A model generated the notes under the pieces. The model did not search any database, was not told where the DNA came from, and saw only the letters and a program-made list of their open reading frames with translations. From Peptostreptococcaceae bacterium (lineage in GTDB: Bacteria > Bacillota > Clostridia > Peptostreptococcales > Peptostreptococcaceae), in NCBI GenBank assembly GCA_029983575.1, contig JASBZE010000001.1:1-56528 (forward strand): a DNA stretch of 56,528 nt, written 5' to 3'. Positions 1-9,353 of this stretch are shown one piece after another. How positions within the stretch are numbered: the stretch's first letter is position 1; each line of letters starts with the position of its first letter. Position numbers and translations under genes: made by a program.

Positions 1-20
1 ATAATGTAAACTATAATGTG

Positions 21-713
21 TTATTTTACATCGGCTAACATGATTTGCTCAAGTTTAAGTGGCTCGATATACTCACCGTTCATATAAGCTCTCATATTAC
101 CGCCTGAAATTTCGTCGATAAGAGCGATGTGTTTATCTTCTCCAACCCTACCAAATTCAAACTTGATATCATATAGATCAAGGTTTTTCTTTTTAAGTTC
201 ATCCTTAACGACTTCAGCAATCTTCTTAGTATTTTCTACTAGAACTTCATATTCATCCTTAGTCATTATATCTAACATCTCTAAAGCGTCTGAAGTGATT
301 AGAGGGTCGTTTCTATCATCGTCTTTTAGTGTTATTTCAACATATGCATCTAGGTCTTGACCTTCTTCAGCGTACATTCCATATCTTCTCATAAAAGAAC
401 CAACTGCCTTATATCTACAAATTACCTCTACACCCTTACCGAAAACTTCAGCAGGTTTAACGATCATAGTCCTCTCATCGATATCTGAACTTACGTAGTG
501 AGTTGGGATTCCCATAGAGTTTAGTTTTTCATAGAAAAACTTAGTTAGCATTACAGCTGCTCTACCAGCGCCTTCCATAGTAAGTCCAACAGTATTTGCA
601 CCTGGATCAAAAACACCATCGACACCGGTAACGTCATCTTTGAATTTTAGTAGGTAATTACCGTCTTCCATTTTGTATACGTCTTTTGTTTTTCCTGTGT
701 AAATAAGTTCCAT
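21..713 (-). CDS. purC: Phosphoribosylaminoimidazole-succinocarboxamide (SAICAR) synthase
   Basis: ORF 21..728(-). The product MELIYTGKTKDVY... has PurC-like length and N-terminal signature. A GGAGGG SD sits 5 nt upstream of the ATG at 713, so the ATG at 728 is probably not the start. Confidence 0.9.
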   Translation of the reverse strand: MELIYTGKTKDVYKMEDGNYLLKFKDDVTGVDGVFDPGANTVGLTMEGAGRAAVMLTKFFYEKLNSMGIPTHYVSSDIDERTMIVKPAEVFGKGVEVICRYKAVGSFMRRYGMYAEEGQDLDAYVEITLKDDDRNDPLITSDALEMLDIMTKDEYEVLVENTKKIAEVVKDELKKKNLDLYDIKFEFGRVGEDKHIALIDEISGGNMRAYMNGEYIEPLKLEQIMLADVK

Positions 714-736
714 TTTTTCCCTCCACAAAATATATT

Positions 737-1834
737 TTATACGTTAAATCTAAAGAGTATTACATCTCCATCTTTAACGACATAGTCTTTTCCTTCGAGT
801 CTTACCTTACCTTTTTCCTTAGCTGCTGCCATTGAGCCAGCTTCTACAAGGTCGTCGTAGGTTATTGTCTCCGCCCTGATAAATCCTCTTTCTATATCAG
901 AGTGTATCTTTCCTCCAGCTTCAGGTGCCTTAGATCCATTTTTAATCGTCCAAGCCCTTACTTCTTGCTCACCGGCTGTCAAAAATGATATTAAACCTAG
1001 TAAGTGGTATGACGCTCTGATTAGCTTATCTAAACCTGATTGTGAAAGTCCTAGGGTTTCTAAAAACTCTAGCTTTTCTTCATCGGTTTCAAGTTCTGAT
1101 ATCTCTGCTTCGATTTGCGCACATATTACGACAACATCTGATCCTTCAGAAGCAGCAAACTCCCTAACTCTTTGAACCATTTCATTTGAGTTACCGTCAT
1201 CGGCCAAATCGTCTTCAGACACGTTGGCTACGTAAATTACCGGTTTATATGTAAGTAGGTTTAACGAGTTTACAAATGGTATGTCATCATCGTTAAATTC
1301 CATAGTCCTTGCAGTTTTTCCGCCTTCAAGGGTCTTTATAATATCTTCAATAATATTTAATTCCTTTAACAAACTCTTGTCGGCCTTAGCTGCCTTTTTT
1401 GTTTTTTGAACCCTTCTCTCCAAGATCTCTATATCGGAAAAAATCAACTCAAGGTTTATCGTCTCTATGTCCTTTAGGGGATCCACAGCTCCGTCGACGT
1501 GAACGACGTTTGAATCTTCAAAACACCTAACGACGTGAACTATTGAATCGACCTCTCTAATATTTGACAAAAACTTGTTTCCAAGTCCCTCACCCTTAGA
1601 AGCTCCCCTAACAAGCCCGGCTATATCACAAAACTCTATAGCTGTTTGTACTATCTTTTTTGAATTATACATATCCTTTAAAACGTTAAGCCTCTTATCC
1701 GGCACTGCAACTACGCCGATGTTTGGATCTATAGTGCAAAATGGATAGTTGGCTGATTCCGCACCTGCCTGTGTTATGGCATTAAAAAGGGTACTCTTAC
1801 CGACATTTGGTAGTCCCACTATTCCTAATTTCAT
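737..1834 (-). CDS. ychF: Ribosome-binding ATPase YchF (Obg-family GTPase-like)
   Basis: 365 aa. N-terminal P-loop MKLGIVGLPNVGKSTLFNAIT and C-terminal TGS-like end ...DGDVILFRFNV are typical of YchF/Ola1. Confidence 0.92.
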   Translation of the reverse strand: MKLGIVGLPNVGKSTLFNAITQAGAESANYPFCTIDPNIGVVAVPDKRLNVLKDMYNSKKIVQTAIEFCDIAGLVRGASKGEGLGNKFLSNIREVDSIVHVVRCFEDSNVVHVDGAVDPLKDIETINLELIFSDIEILERRVQKTKKAAKADKSLLKELNIIEDIIKTLEGGKTARTMEFNDDDIPFVNSLNLLTYKPVIYVANVSEDDLADDGNSNEMVQRVREFAASEGSDVVVICAQIEAEISELETDEEKLEFLETLGLSQSGLDKLIRASYHLLGLISFLTAGEQEVRAWTIKNGSKAPEAGGKIHSDIERGFIRAETITYDDLVEAGSMAAAKEKGKVRLEGKDYVVKDGDVILFRFNV

Positions 1835-2184
1835 TGTTTCAACTCCTATACTATATTTAAACTATTATTTTATAACTATCCTATGAAGTTCGTTTAAAAA
1901 ATTGACCACTGCTCACATATAAAAAAAGAACATAGCTCATTTATAAATACGCGAACTTTATTCGCAAAAAAACACGAACATTTTACATAGATTTCTTTAT
2001 AATACATTAAAATTATACCATAAAAGAGTAAATTTAAAAATGATTTCGTTTTAAATGTATGTAGAAATAACTTAAGTATGTAAATTAGTCATGTATAATT
2101 AATTTAGACAGTAATATTTAGCAGATAAAAATAAAGGTGTAAAATTCTTCTATTAAGTGTAAAATATACATATGGAGGTAGGAT

Positions 2185-3471
2185 ATGAAAAATATACTTG
2201 AAGAAAAAAATATAAAGGTAAAAGAATTATATAAAGATGTAAATTTGATTACAATTAAAGAAGATAAATTTAAAACGAATCTAATATCCGTGGTACTTGA
2301 GAGGCCACTTGAAAGAGAGGAAATTACCTTAAACACATTAATAACTGAGGTAATTAAAAAAGGCAGTAGAAAATACCCTAGTACCACTGACATTCAGAGA
2401 AAGTCAAAAGAAATGTACAACTCAGTATTTTTTACAAACTGCTCAAAAAAAGCTGAGAGGCATGAATTGGAATTTAGCTTGGTATTTCCAAACGACAGGT
2501 ATTTAGATGAGTCTATTTTTGATGAGGCCGTTGATTTTTTAATATCGATGATCTTAGATCCATTAGTTGAAGATGGAGGTTTTTCTAAGAAAATAGTAGA
2601 TCTAGAAATAGAGAACTTGAGACTTCAGATTATGGCGGAAATAAACGACAAGAGTTCTCTAGCTTTAAATAGGTTACTAGAGAATATGTGTAATGGCGAA
2701 AGATATGGGCTCAATGGTCTGGGATACTTACAAGATCTAGATTCCATTGACGAGAAAAAGCTATATGAACATTACAAGAAAGTCATAAGCACTTCTAGGA
2801 TTAAGATTTTCGCCGAGGGAGATGTAGATGTTGATAGAATAGCGAAGATATTTGAAAAAAAATTTAAAGTAGATAGATCTGAACCTGTAAAAATAGAAAG
2901 AGAAAAATATATAAGAAAAAAAGGTGAGATAAGATACGTAGAAGATGTGGAAGACGTCACACAGGCTAGGCTACTCATAGGTTTGGCAGGAAATACAGAT
3001 ATACAAGATGCAGAAAAATACTTCCCACTTCAATTGGGAAACTATATATTCGGAGGAGGGGCTTCCTCAATATTATTCAATAACGTCAGAGAGGAAAACT
3101 CCCTTTGTTATTCCATTGGTTCAGGTATTCATCAACTTAAGAGTCTTATAATAGTTTCTGCAGGTATAGATTACAAAAATTATAAAAAAGCTCTAGACCT
3201 TATATTGTTAGACTTAGAAAAAATGAAAAACGGGGATTTTTCCGACGTAGATATTGAAAATGCAAAGAGTATGTTGACAAACAGCTACAGTATGGCAACT
3301 GACGCAATTGCCGGAAAGACAAATTTTATAAACGGAGAAATCATATCTAACACTTTTAGAACTCCGGAATATGTAATCGAGTGTATAAACAAGGTAACTA
3401 GAGAAGAGATTATAGAGGCTTTTAAAAATGTAAATGTAGAGACTGTATATCTGATGAGAGGAGAGATGTAG
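2185..3471 (+). CDS. M16B (pitrilysin/insulinase) family protein, non-catalytic subunit-like (no HxxEH motif)
   Basis: 428 aa with M16-like length and architecture. A GGAGGT SD precedes the ATG. I found no HxxEH zinc motif in the N-terminal region. Its stop codon abuts the start of the next M16 gene. Confidence 0.7.
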   Translation: MKNILEEKNIKVKELYKDVNLITIKEDKFKTNLISVVLERPLEREEITLNTLITEVIKKGSRKYPSTTDIQRKSKEMYNSVFFTNCSKKAERHELEFSLVFPNDRYLDESIFDEAVDFLISMILDPLVEDGGFSKKIVDLEIENLRLQIMAEINDKSSLALNRLLENMCNGERYGLNGLGYLQDLDSIDEKKLYEHYKKVISTSRIKIFAEGDVDVDRIAKIFEKKFKVDRSEPVKIEREKYIRKKGEIRYVEDVEDVTQARLLIGLAGNTDIQDAEKYFPLQLGNYIFGGGASSILFNNVREENSLCYSIGSGIHQLKSLIIVSAGIDYKNYKKALDLILLDLEKMKNGDFSDVDIENAKSMLTNSYSMATDAIAGKTNFINGEIISNTFRTPEYVIECINKVTREEIIEAFKNVNVETVYLMRGEM

Positions 3472-4896
3472 ATGGATAAGATCAAATATGAGATCAAACA
3501 CTTTGATTCTATAAACGAGACCATATACCATGGTATACTCCAAAACGGTCTTGAAATATATTTTGTTCCCAAAAAGGGTTTTAAGGAAAAGTATGCGATG
3601 TTGGCAACGAGGTTTGGAGCTTTGGATTTAAATTTCATTCCTCATGGAGGTCAAAAACCTCATATGTTTAAAGCTGGAATAGCTCATTTTCTAGAACACA
3701 AGATGTTTGAGCAGCCAGATGGTTCAAATGCATTTAACAAGTTTTCCGATATGGGACTGAACGCAAATGCCTTTACCGAATACAAGATGACGGCTTATTA
3801 CTTTTCTGGAACTCAAAACTTCTTTTCTGGTTTGAATCACTTGATTAGTTATGTGAATACCCCATATTTTACTGAGGAGAACGTCGAAAAAGAAAAGGGG
3901 ATAATAATTCAGGAGATGAAGATGTATGAGGATAATCCGTATTCGATGATGTACTATAATTTACTTAGAAACCTATATGTAAATTCATATCTAAATATCG
4001 ACATCATAGGTACTGAAGAAAGTGTTAGTTCAATGAGCGTAAAAGAACTTTACGACTGTTACAATACTTTTTATAGGCCTGAGAATATGACGCTTTTTGT
4101 AGTTGGAGACCTGGATTTTGATGAAGTAGTAGAAAATGTAGTAAAATCTTATTCAAAGATTGAGGTAAATCAGAATGAACCCTTTACTTTTGAGGGAAGT
4201 GGCTTGATAGAGGGTAAGGATTTTGAAGACATCACCATTAAATTCAACGAGATGTACACTAGACCAAAGAGCATTCAACCGAGCGAACCGAGAGAAGTTG
4301 CTACGAAGGAAAAGTATTTAGACCTAGACATAGCAAACCCAATATTTATGCTTGCGATTAAAGAAAATGAAATACCGACTATGAAAGACTATATAAATCC
4401 CGCCAAAAAACAAAAGTATATAGACTTATGTAAATCTATGGGACTTAGGTTGTTGTTTGACAGGGGAAGCGAAATACATAACGATTTGTACGATAGAGGA
4501 TTAATCAACGACTCCTTTTCTTTTTCATACACTAGCAATTTAAAATACGGATTTGCTATGGCACTTGGGGAGACCAAGTATCCAGAAGAAGTAGTAGGTG
4601 CACTTAAAGAAATAATTAAAAGCGATATCGAAGATAGAATAAAGTATGAGGATTTTGAGCTAGAGAAAAAGAGGTATACAGGTTCTTTTATAGCATCTAT
4701 GGATGCGATGACCAACATAGCCCATGCATTTATTTCAGGAGCTTTCGACGGGTTTAACTTTATGGACATGCTAGATTTAATAAAGAATATAAGTTTTGAA
4801 GACGTAATTAAATATACTAGGGAAATCTTAAATCTCGAGGCTTCTACTGTGCTAATAGGAAGAAAATCAATAAAAGAGGTAGCTGAAGATGAATAG
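3472..4896 (+). CDS. M16B family zinc peptidase, catalytic subunit-like
   Basis: 474 aa. Contains the inverted zinc motif HFLEH (GIAHFLEHKMFEQ) and a downstream NAFTEY glutamate region. The ATG directly follows the stop of the preceding M16 ORF. Confidence 0.8.
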   Translation: MDKIKYEIKHFDSINETIYHGILQNGLEIYFVPKKGFKEKYAMLATRFGALDLNFIPHGGQKPHMFKAGIAHFLEHKMFEQPDGSNAFNKFSDMGLNANAFTEYKMTAYYFSGTQNFFSGLNHLISYVNTPYFTEENVEKEKGIIIQEMKMYEDNPYSMMYYNLLRNLYVNSYLNIDIIGTEESVSSMSVKELYDCYNTFYRPENMTLFVVGDLDFDEVVENVVKSYSKIEVNQNEPFTFEGSGLIEGKDFEDITIKFNEMYTRPKSIQPSEPREVATKEKYLDLDIANPIFMLAIKENEIPTMKDYINPAKKQKYIDLCKSMGLRLLFDRGSEIHNDLYDRGLINDSFSFSYTSNLKYGFAMALGETKYPEEVVGALKEIIKSDIEDRIKYEDFELEKKRYTGSFIASMDAMTNIAHAFISGAFDGFNFMDMLDLIKNISFEDVIKYTREILNLEASTVLIGRKSIKEVAEDE

Positions 4897-5632
4897 AGTA
4901 GCTTTTACAGTATTCGGCGTCGATATAATGTGGTATGGAATCCTCATAGGAATAGGTATGGCAATCGCGATATACATAGCCTTAAAAGAGGCGAGGAGAA
5001 AGGGTCTAGATGAAGATAAGATATTAAATGCCGTGATAATTGCTATTCCTGTGGGCGTTGTCTGCGCTAGACTTTACTACGTTGTATTTAGCTGGGATTA
5101 TTACGGTTCAAACCCATCTGAAATACTTGATATCAGGGGTGGAGGCCTTGCGATTCACGGAGGTCTTATCGGTGGTATAGTTTCAGCTTACATATACAGC
5201 AGGGCAAAAAATCTGAATTTCTTAAAGCTTGCAGACACCCTTTTACTAGGAGTTCCTATTGCTCAAGCAATTGGTAGATGGGGAAATTTCATCAATGGAG
5301 AGGCTCACGGTGGTCCTACAAACCTACCGTGGGCGATTACTGTAGATGGAACTAAGGTACATCCGACGTTTTTATATGAATCCCTGTGGAATATAATTGT
5401 CTTTATAATATTATTTTTAAGGAGAAAAAAGAGTAAATTTGATGGGGAGATTACATTTTTATATATTTCTCTATATTCTATAGGCAGGTTTTTTATAGAA
5501 GGTCTGAGGACGGATTCTTTAATGCTAGGTCCCTTGAGGATGGCACAGGTTATTAGCCTGGTGTTTATCCTAGTGGGGGTAGTGGGATATTTTATCATGA
5601 AAAAGAAAAATGGAGGTAGAAATGGAGTTTAA
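4889..5632 (+). CDS. lgt: Prolipoprotein diacylglyceryl transferase
   Basis: 247 aa polytopic membrane protein with Lgt signatures [12 protein letters not shown] and [10 protein letters not shown]. Overlaps the upstream gene by 8 nt. Confidence 0.92.
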   Translation: MNRVAFTVFGVDIMWYGILIGIGMAIAIYIALKEARRKGLDEDKILNAVIIAIPVGVVCARLYYVVFSWDYYGSNPSEILDIRGGGLAIHGGLIGGIVSAYIYSRAKNLNFLKLADTLLLGVPIAQAIGRWGNFINGEAHGGPTNLPWAITVDGTKVHPTFLYESLWNIIVFIILFLRRKKSKFDGEITFLYISLYSIGRFFIEGLRTDSLMLGPLRMAQVISLVFILVGVVGYFIMKKKNGGRNGV

Positions 5633-6554
5633 TCATGTTTCTGTACTCTTGAATGAGTGTATCGAAGGGCTTAATATTAAGCCGGACGGAATTTACGTGG
5701 ACTGTACCCTAGGGGGTGCAGGACACTCTAAAGAAATAGCAAAACGCCTTGAAAATGGAAGGTTAATTTGCTTTGATCAAGATAAAAATGCAATCGAGGT
5801 CGCTAAGGAGAGACTTGCAGAATTTGGTGAGAAGGTCATCTTGGTCAGGAGTAATTTTGAGAATATATATGATGAACTAAATGCTCTGGGATATACAAAA
5901 GTCGACGGTATACTTGCTGACCTAGGCGTTTCCTCTCATCAATTAGATGAGGAAGAGAGGGGTTTTTCTTATATGGCTGATGCGATTCTTGACATGAGGA
6001 TGGACGACAGACAGGAGTTAGACGCTAGGTACGTTGTAAATAATTACAGCACCGAAGATCTAACTAGGATTATAAGTGACTACGGCGAGGAAAGATGGGC
6101 TAAGAGGATAGCCGAGTTTATTTCCGATTACAGAAGCGACAAGGAAATAAAAACTACTGGGGAGTTAGTCGATATAATTAAGAGGGCGATTCCTAAAAAG
6201 GCGAGACAAGATGGTCCCCACCCTGCAAAGAGAACATTTCAAGCTATTAGGATAGAGGTAAATGACGAGCTTGGTGTAATAGAGAGGTTGTTGGACCAAG
6301 CGGTAGACATACTTGCAAAGGGAGGTAGAATATGTATCATAACTTTCCATTCGCTTGAAGATAGAATAGTAAAAAACAAGTTCAAATACTTTGAGCAGGA
6401 TTGTATATGTCCTCCTGAGTTACCGTTTTGTAATTGTGACAAGAAAAAAGAGGTAAAGATAATAACGAGAAAGCCGATTCTACCATCCAAAGAAGAGGTT
6501 CATAACAATCCTAGGTCAAGGAGTGCAAAACTTAGGATAGCAGAAAAAATATAA
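5622..6554 (+). CDS. rsmH: 16S rRNA (cytosine1402-N4)-methyltransferase
   Basis: Product [13 protein letters not shown]...[10 protein letters not shown] matches the RsmH/MraW SAM-binding signature. A GGAGGT SD favours the ATG at 5622 over the ORF-track ATG at 5610. Confidence 0.92.
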   Translation: MEFNHVSVLLNECIEGLNIKPDGIYVDCTLGGAGHSKEIAKRLENGRLICFDQDKNAIEVAKERLAEFGEKVILVRSNFENIYDELNALGYTKVDGILADLGVSSHQLDEEERGFSYMADAILDMRMDDRQELDARYVVNNYSTEDLTRIISDYGEERWAKRIAEFISDYRSDKEIKTTGELVDIIKRAIPKKARQDGPHPAKRTFQAIRIEVNDELGVIERLLDQAVDILAKGGRICIITFHSLEDRIVKNKFKYFEQDCICPPELPFCNCDKKKEVKIITRKPILPSKEEVHNNPRSRSAKLRIAEKI

Positions 6555-6720
6555 TCTAATCCATCAAATATTCGGTTTTTTAGCATAAATTAGCTAAGTT
6601 TAACGTTTGTGAATAGGCTAGGTTGACATAGGCGGGCTAGGCTTAAAATTATGGACAAAAATATAAAAATCTGATAAAATATAAAATGTTGCAGTATAAA
6701 CATAAACAAGGAGCATATAT

Positions 6721-8139
6721 ATGATAGAGATGTCGATTAGAAAAATTGCTGACTATATGTCTGGCAATTTGGTCAGTAATAATGAAAAGGCGAGCCTAGT
6801 TGATGTTGTAATTGACAGTAGGCTTGCAAACAAAGACGCATTATTTATTTCTATAATCGGGGAGAATACTGACGGACACAAATACTTGAAATCTGCATAC
6901 GATAATGGTTGCAGGTGTTTTGTCGTCCAAAAAAACAACGGTAATTACAATGATTTTAAGCGTTCGTTGCGTGATGAAATAAATGACATAAGTTTTATAG
7001 AGGTTGATGATACAGAAATAGCTCTTGGAAATTTAGCCAGGGAATACAGAAAGCTTTTTGATCTTAAAGTAATTGGAGTGACTGGAAGTGTAGGAAAAAC
7101 ATCTACCAGGGACTTTATATTCTCTGTGTTAAACCATAAATTCAAGACATTAAAAAATGAAAAAAACTACAACAATCAATTTGGAGTGCCGCTAACCATT
7201 TTAAAGCTAGACGATAGCTATGAGGTTGCGGTAATTGAGATGGGTATGACTGGTCTGGGAGAGATTGAATATCTAAAGGATATTGTCAATCCTGAAATTG
7301 GAGTTATAACTTTGATAGGAACTTCTCATATAGAAAAACTTGGAAGTAGGGAAAATATATTGAGGGCTAAGATGGAAATAGCCAAGGGATTTGATGAAAA
7401 CAACACCCTCATCCTAAATGGAGATGACGAGTACCTAGAAACTGTAAGGTATATTTCGCCTACTTACAAGGTAAAATACTTCGGGTCAGGGCTTGCAAAT
7501 GACGTATCTTTAATCAAGGTCAACGATTCAGTCGAGAGGACGTCTTTTACGATAAAATACGACGGAGAAAAGTATAAATTTGAAATTCCAGTAGCTGGCT
7601 ATCACAATGTTTTTAATGCTATGTCAGCTATTTTGTGCGGCTTGGAATTTAATATGACCATGGAAGAAATCAGAGAGGGCCTACTTAATTTCAAGCCAAC
7701 TGATATGAGGCAGGAGATCATTAAAACTAAAAAGTATGTCGTTATAAACGACGCCTACAATGCGAGCCTAGATTCTATGATAGCGGCTTTAAATGTACTT
7801 TCTATCGCCAAGGGTAGAAAAGTTGCTATATTGGGAGATATGTTTGAGCTAGGAAATTTTGCTGAACAGTCACATAGAAATGTCGGAAAAAAGGTCGCTT
7901 TTTCCTCAGATAAGCTCATCACAGTAGGACAATTGTCTAAGTTTATAGGAGAAGAGGCTATGACAAATGGTCTGTTCTTCGATGACTGTGTACATTTTGA
8001 TAAGAAAGAAGACCTTATAAAAAATATAGAAAAATATATTGAAGATGGAGACACTATCTTAGTCAAGGCATCTAGAGGGATGGGTCTTGAAGAGGTAGTT
8101 GAAAGGCTCGTAGAAATAGGAGGAGGTCAAAATGATTAA
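6721..8139 (+). CDS. murF: UDP-N-acetylmuramoyl-tripeptide--D-alanyl-D-alanine ligase
   Basis: 472 aa Mur ligase with P-loop GVTGSVGKTSTRD. Its position directly upstream of mraY is typical of murF. An AAGGAG SD lies 7 nt upstream of the ATG. Confidence 0.9.
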   Translation: MIEMSIRKIADYMSGNLVSNNEKASLVDVVIDSRLANKDALFISIIGENTDGHKYLKSAYDNGCRCFVVQKNNGNYNDFKRSLRDEINDISFIEVDDTEIALGNLAREYRKLFDLKVIGVTGSVGKTSTRDFIFSVLNHKFKTLKNEKNYNNQFGVPLTILKLDDSYEVAVIEMGMTGLGEIEYLKDIVNPEIGVITLIGTSHIEKLGSRENILRAKMEIAKGFDENNTLILNGDDEYLETVRYISPTYKVKYFGSGLANDVSLIKVNDSVERTSFTIKYDGEKYKFEIPVAGYHNVFNAMSAILCGLEFNMTMEEIREGLLNFKPTDMRQEIIKTKKYVVINDAYNASLDSMIAALNVLSIAKGRKVAILGDMFELGNFAEQSHRNVGKKVAFSSDKLITVGQLSKFIGEEAMTNGLFFDDCVHFDKKEDLIKNIEKYIEDGDTILVKASRGMGLEEVVERLVEIGGGQND

Positions 8140-9097
8140 TATGGCGGAGTTAACATTTACAGTATTGATTTCATTCTTACTGATGTTAATCATGGGACCT
8201 ATATTTATACCGCTGCTAACTAAGTTTAAGTTTGGGCAGACAATAAGAGAAGAGGGGCCAAAATCACATATGATCAAGTCTGGGACTCCTACTATGGGTG
8301 GAATCATGATGATAATTGCCATTTTGTTAGCGGTTATTATAAAAGTCAGGCTTAACATAAATATGGTAGTCGGCTTGTTATCCATAGTCGGTTTTGGACT
8401 TATAGGATTTTTAGATGACTTTTTAAAGATTAAAAACTCTAGAAATCTAGGACTTAGGGCATATCAAAAGATAGTGCTACAGTTAGCCCTTTCATTTATA
8501 ATAGCGATGTTTAGGTATAAGACATCTATAAACTCAACACAGTTAACCGTTCCATTTACGTCATTTATACTGAACTTAGGGTTTATGTACGTTCCGGTTA
8601 TGATGTTTATTATAATAGCTACGGTCAATGCAGTTAACTTGAGTGATGGTTTAGATGGACTTGCTTCAAGTATAACATCTGTAGTTTCAGTTTTTTATCT
8701 GATAATGGCAGTTGTATTATTTAACAATATGGACGTCGGAATACTGAGTGCAGCGACATTTGGTGCCTGCCTTGGATTTTTGTGTTTCAACATAAATCCT
8801 GCCAAGGTGTTTATGGGGGATACGGGTTCTATGGCTCTCGGTGGAGCAGTTGTAGCCTTTGCTGTTTTTACAAATACAGCACTTCTAATACCTTTTATCG
8901 GAGGTATATACTTTGCTGAGGCTCTTAGTGTAATCATACAGGTTATACACTTTAAGAGAACGGGAAGAAGAATATTTAGGATGTCGCCTCTTCATCATCA
9001 CTTTGAGCAAGGCGGATGGAAGGAGACAAAGGTCGTATCTGTATTTTTACTGGCTCAGACTATACTGGCACTTATTAGCGTGATTGCTATAATGTAA
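8132..9097 (+). CDS. mraY: Phospho-N-acetylmuramoyl-pentapeptide transferase
   Basis: 321 aa polytopic membrane protein with NLSDGLDGLA and MGDTGS motifs. Overlaps the murF stop. Confidence 0.95.
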   Translation: MINMAELTFTVLISFLLMLIMGPIFIPLLTKFKFGQTIREEGPKSHMIKSGTPTMGGIMMIIAILLAVIIKVRLNINMVVGLLSIVGFGLIGFLDDFLKIKNSRNLGLRAYQKIVLQLALSFIIAMFRYKTSINSTQLTVPFTSFILNLGFMYVPVMMFIIIATVNAVNLSDGLDGLASSITSVVSVFYLIMAVVLFNNMDVGILSAATFGACLGFLCFNINPAKVFMGDTGSMALGGAVVAFAVFTNTALLIPFIGGIYFAEALSVIIQVIHFKRTGRRIFRMSPLHHHFEQGGWKETKVVSVFLLAQTILALISVIAIM

Positions 9098-9102
9098 TAA
9101 AT

Positions 9103-9289
9103 AATGTAATTAAGAAGATATAGTTACATTTAAGTAGGTAGTACTATGATTGCTATAATGTAATTAAAATGATATAATTACATTTCAGCAAAAACGAAAG
9201 TGTAAATGAGTAATGTAATTAAGAAGATGTAATTACATTCAAGTAGGTAGTACCATGATTGCTATAATGTAATTAAAATGATATAATTA
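9103..9289. repeat. Two 78-bp direct repeat units (9103-9180 and 9212-9289), 4 mismatches, period 109 bp. Each unit contains two AATGTAATTA/TAATTACATT hairpins and a copy of the mraY 3' end.
   Basis: Aligned by eye. The 18-mer tgattgctataatgtaat occurs at 9081 (mraY 3' end), 9148 and 9257, and each copy contains TGCTATAAT (extended -10 consensus TGnTATAAT). A perfect 12-bp palindrome, atgtaattacat, lies at 9227-9238. Confidence 0.85.
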
Positions 9290-9290
9290 T

Positions 9291-9320
9291 AAGGAGGTTG
9301 AATGTTCAATCTCCTTTTTA
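9291..9320 (+). terminator. Intrinsic terminator-like hairpin immediately upstream of the murD SD
   Basis: AAGGAGGUU / AAUCUCCUU form a 9-bp stem (one G-U pair), followed by UUUUUA. The murD SD AGGAGG lies about 20 nt downstream. Confidence 0.55.
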
Positions 9321-9353
9321 AGTGAAAAAATTTACCGGCTAGGAGGTAATAAA

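Noticed and set aside
1940-1975. A small hairpin (gcgaa-cttta-ttcgc) next to an A7 run in the ychF/M16 divergent promoter region could be a minus-strand terminator or sRNA end.
   Set aside because: The stem is only 5 bp, there is no upstream minus-strand gene to terminate, and the region is generally AT-rich. It is indistinguishable from chance.
9301-9324. A 7-codon mini-ORF (MFNLLFK) with an AAGGAGG SD is embedded in the terminator hairpin before murD. It could be a leader peptide for ribosome-mediated attenuation.
   Set aside because: GGAGG-containing stems recur in ordinary terminators in this window (41094-41113, 30851-30878), so the SD-like sequence is probably just stem composition. 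The SD-to-ATG spacing is only 4 nt, and I cannot assess conservation. The idea is mentioned only as context for the spacer finding.
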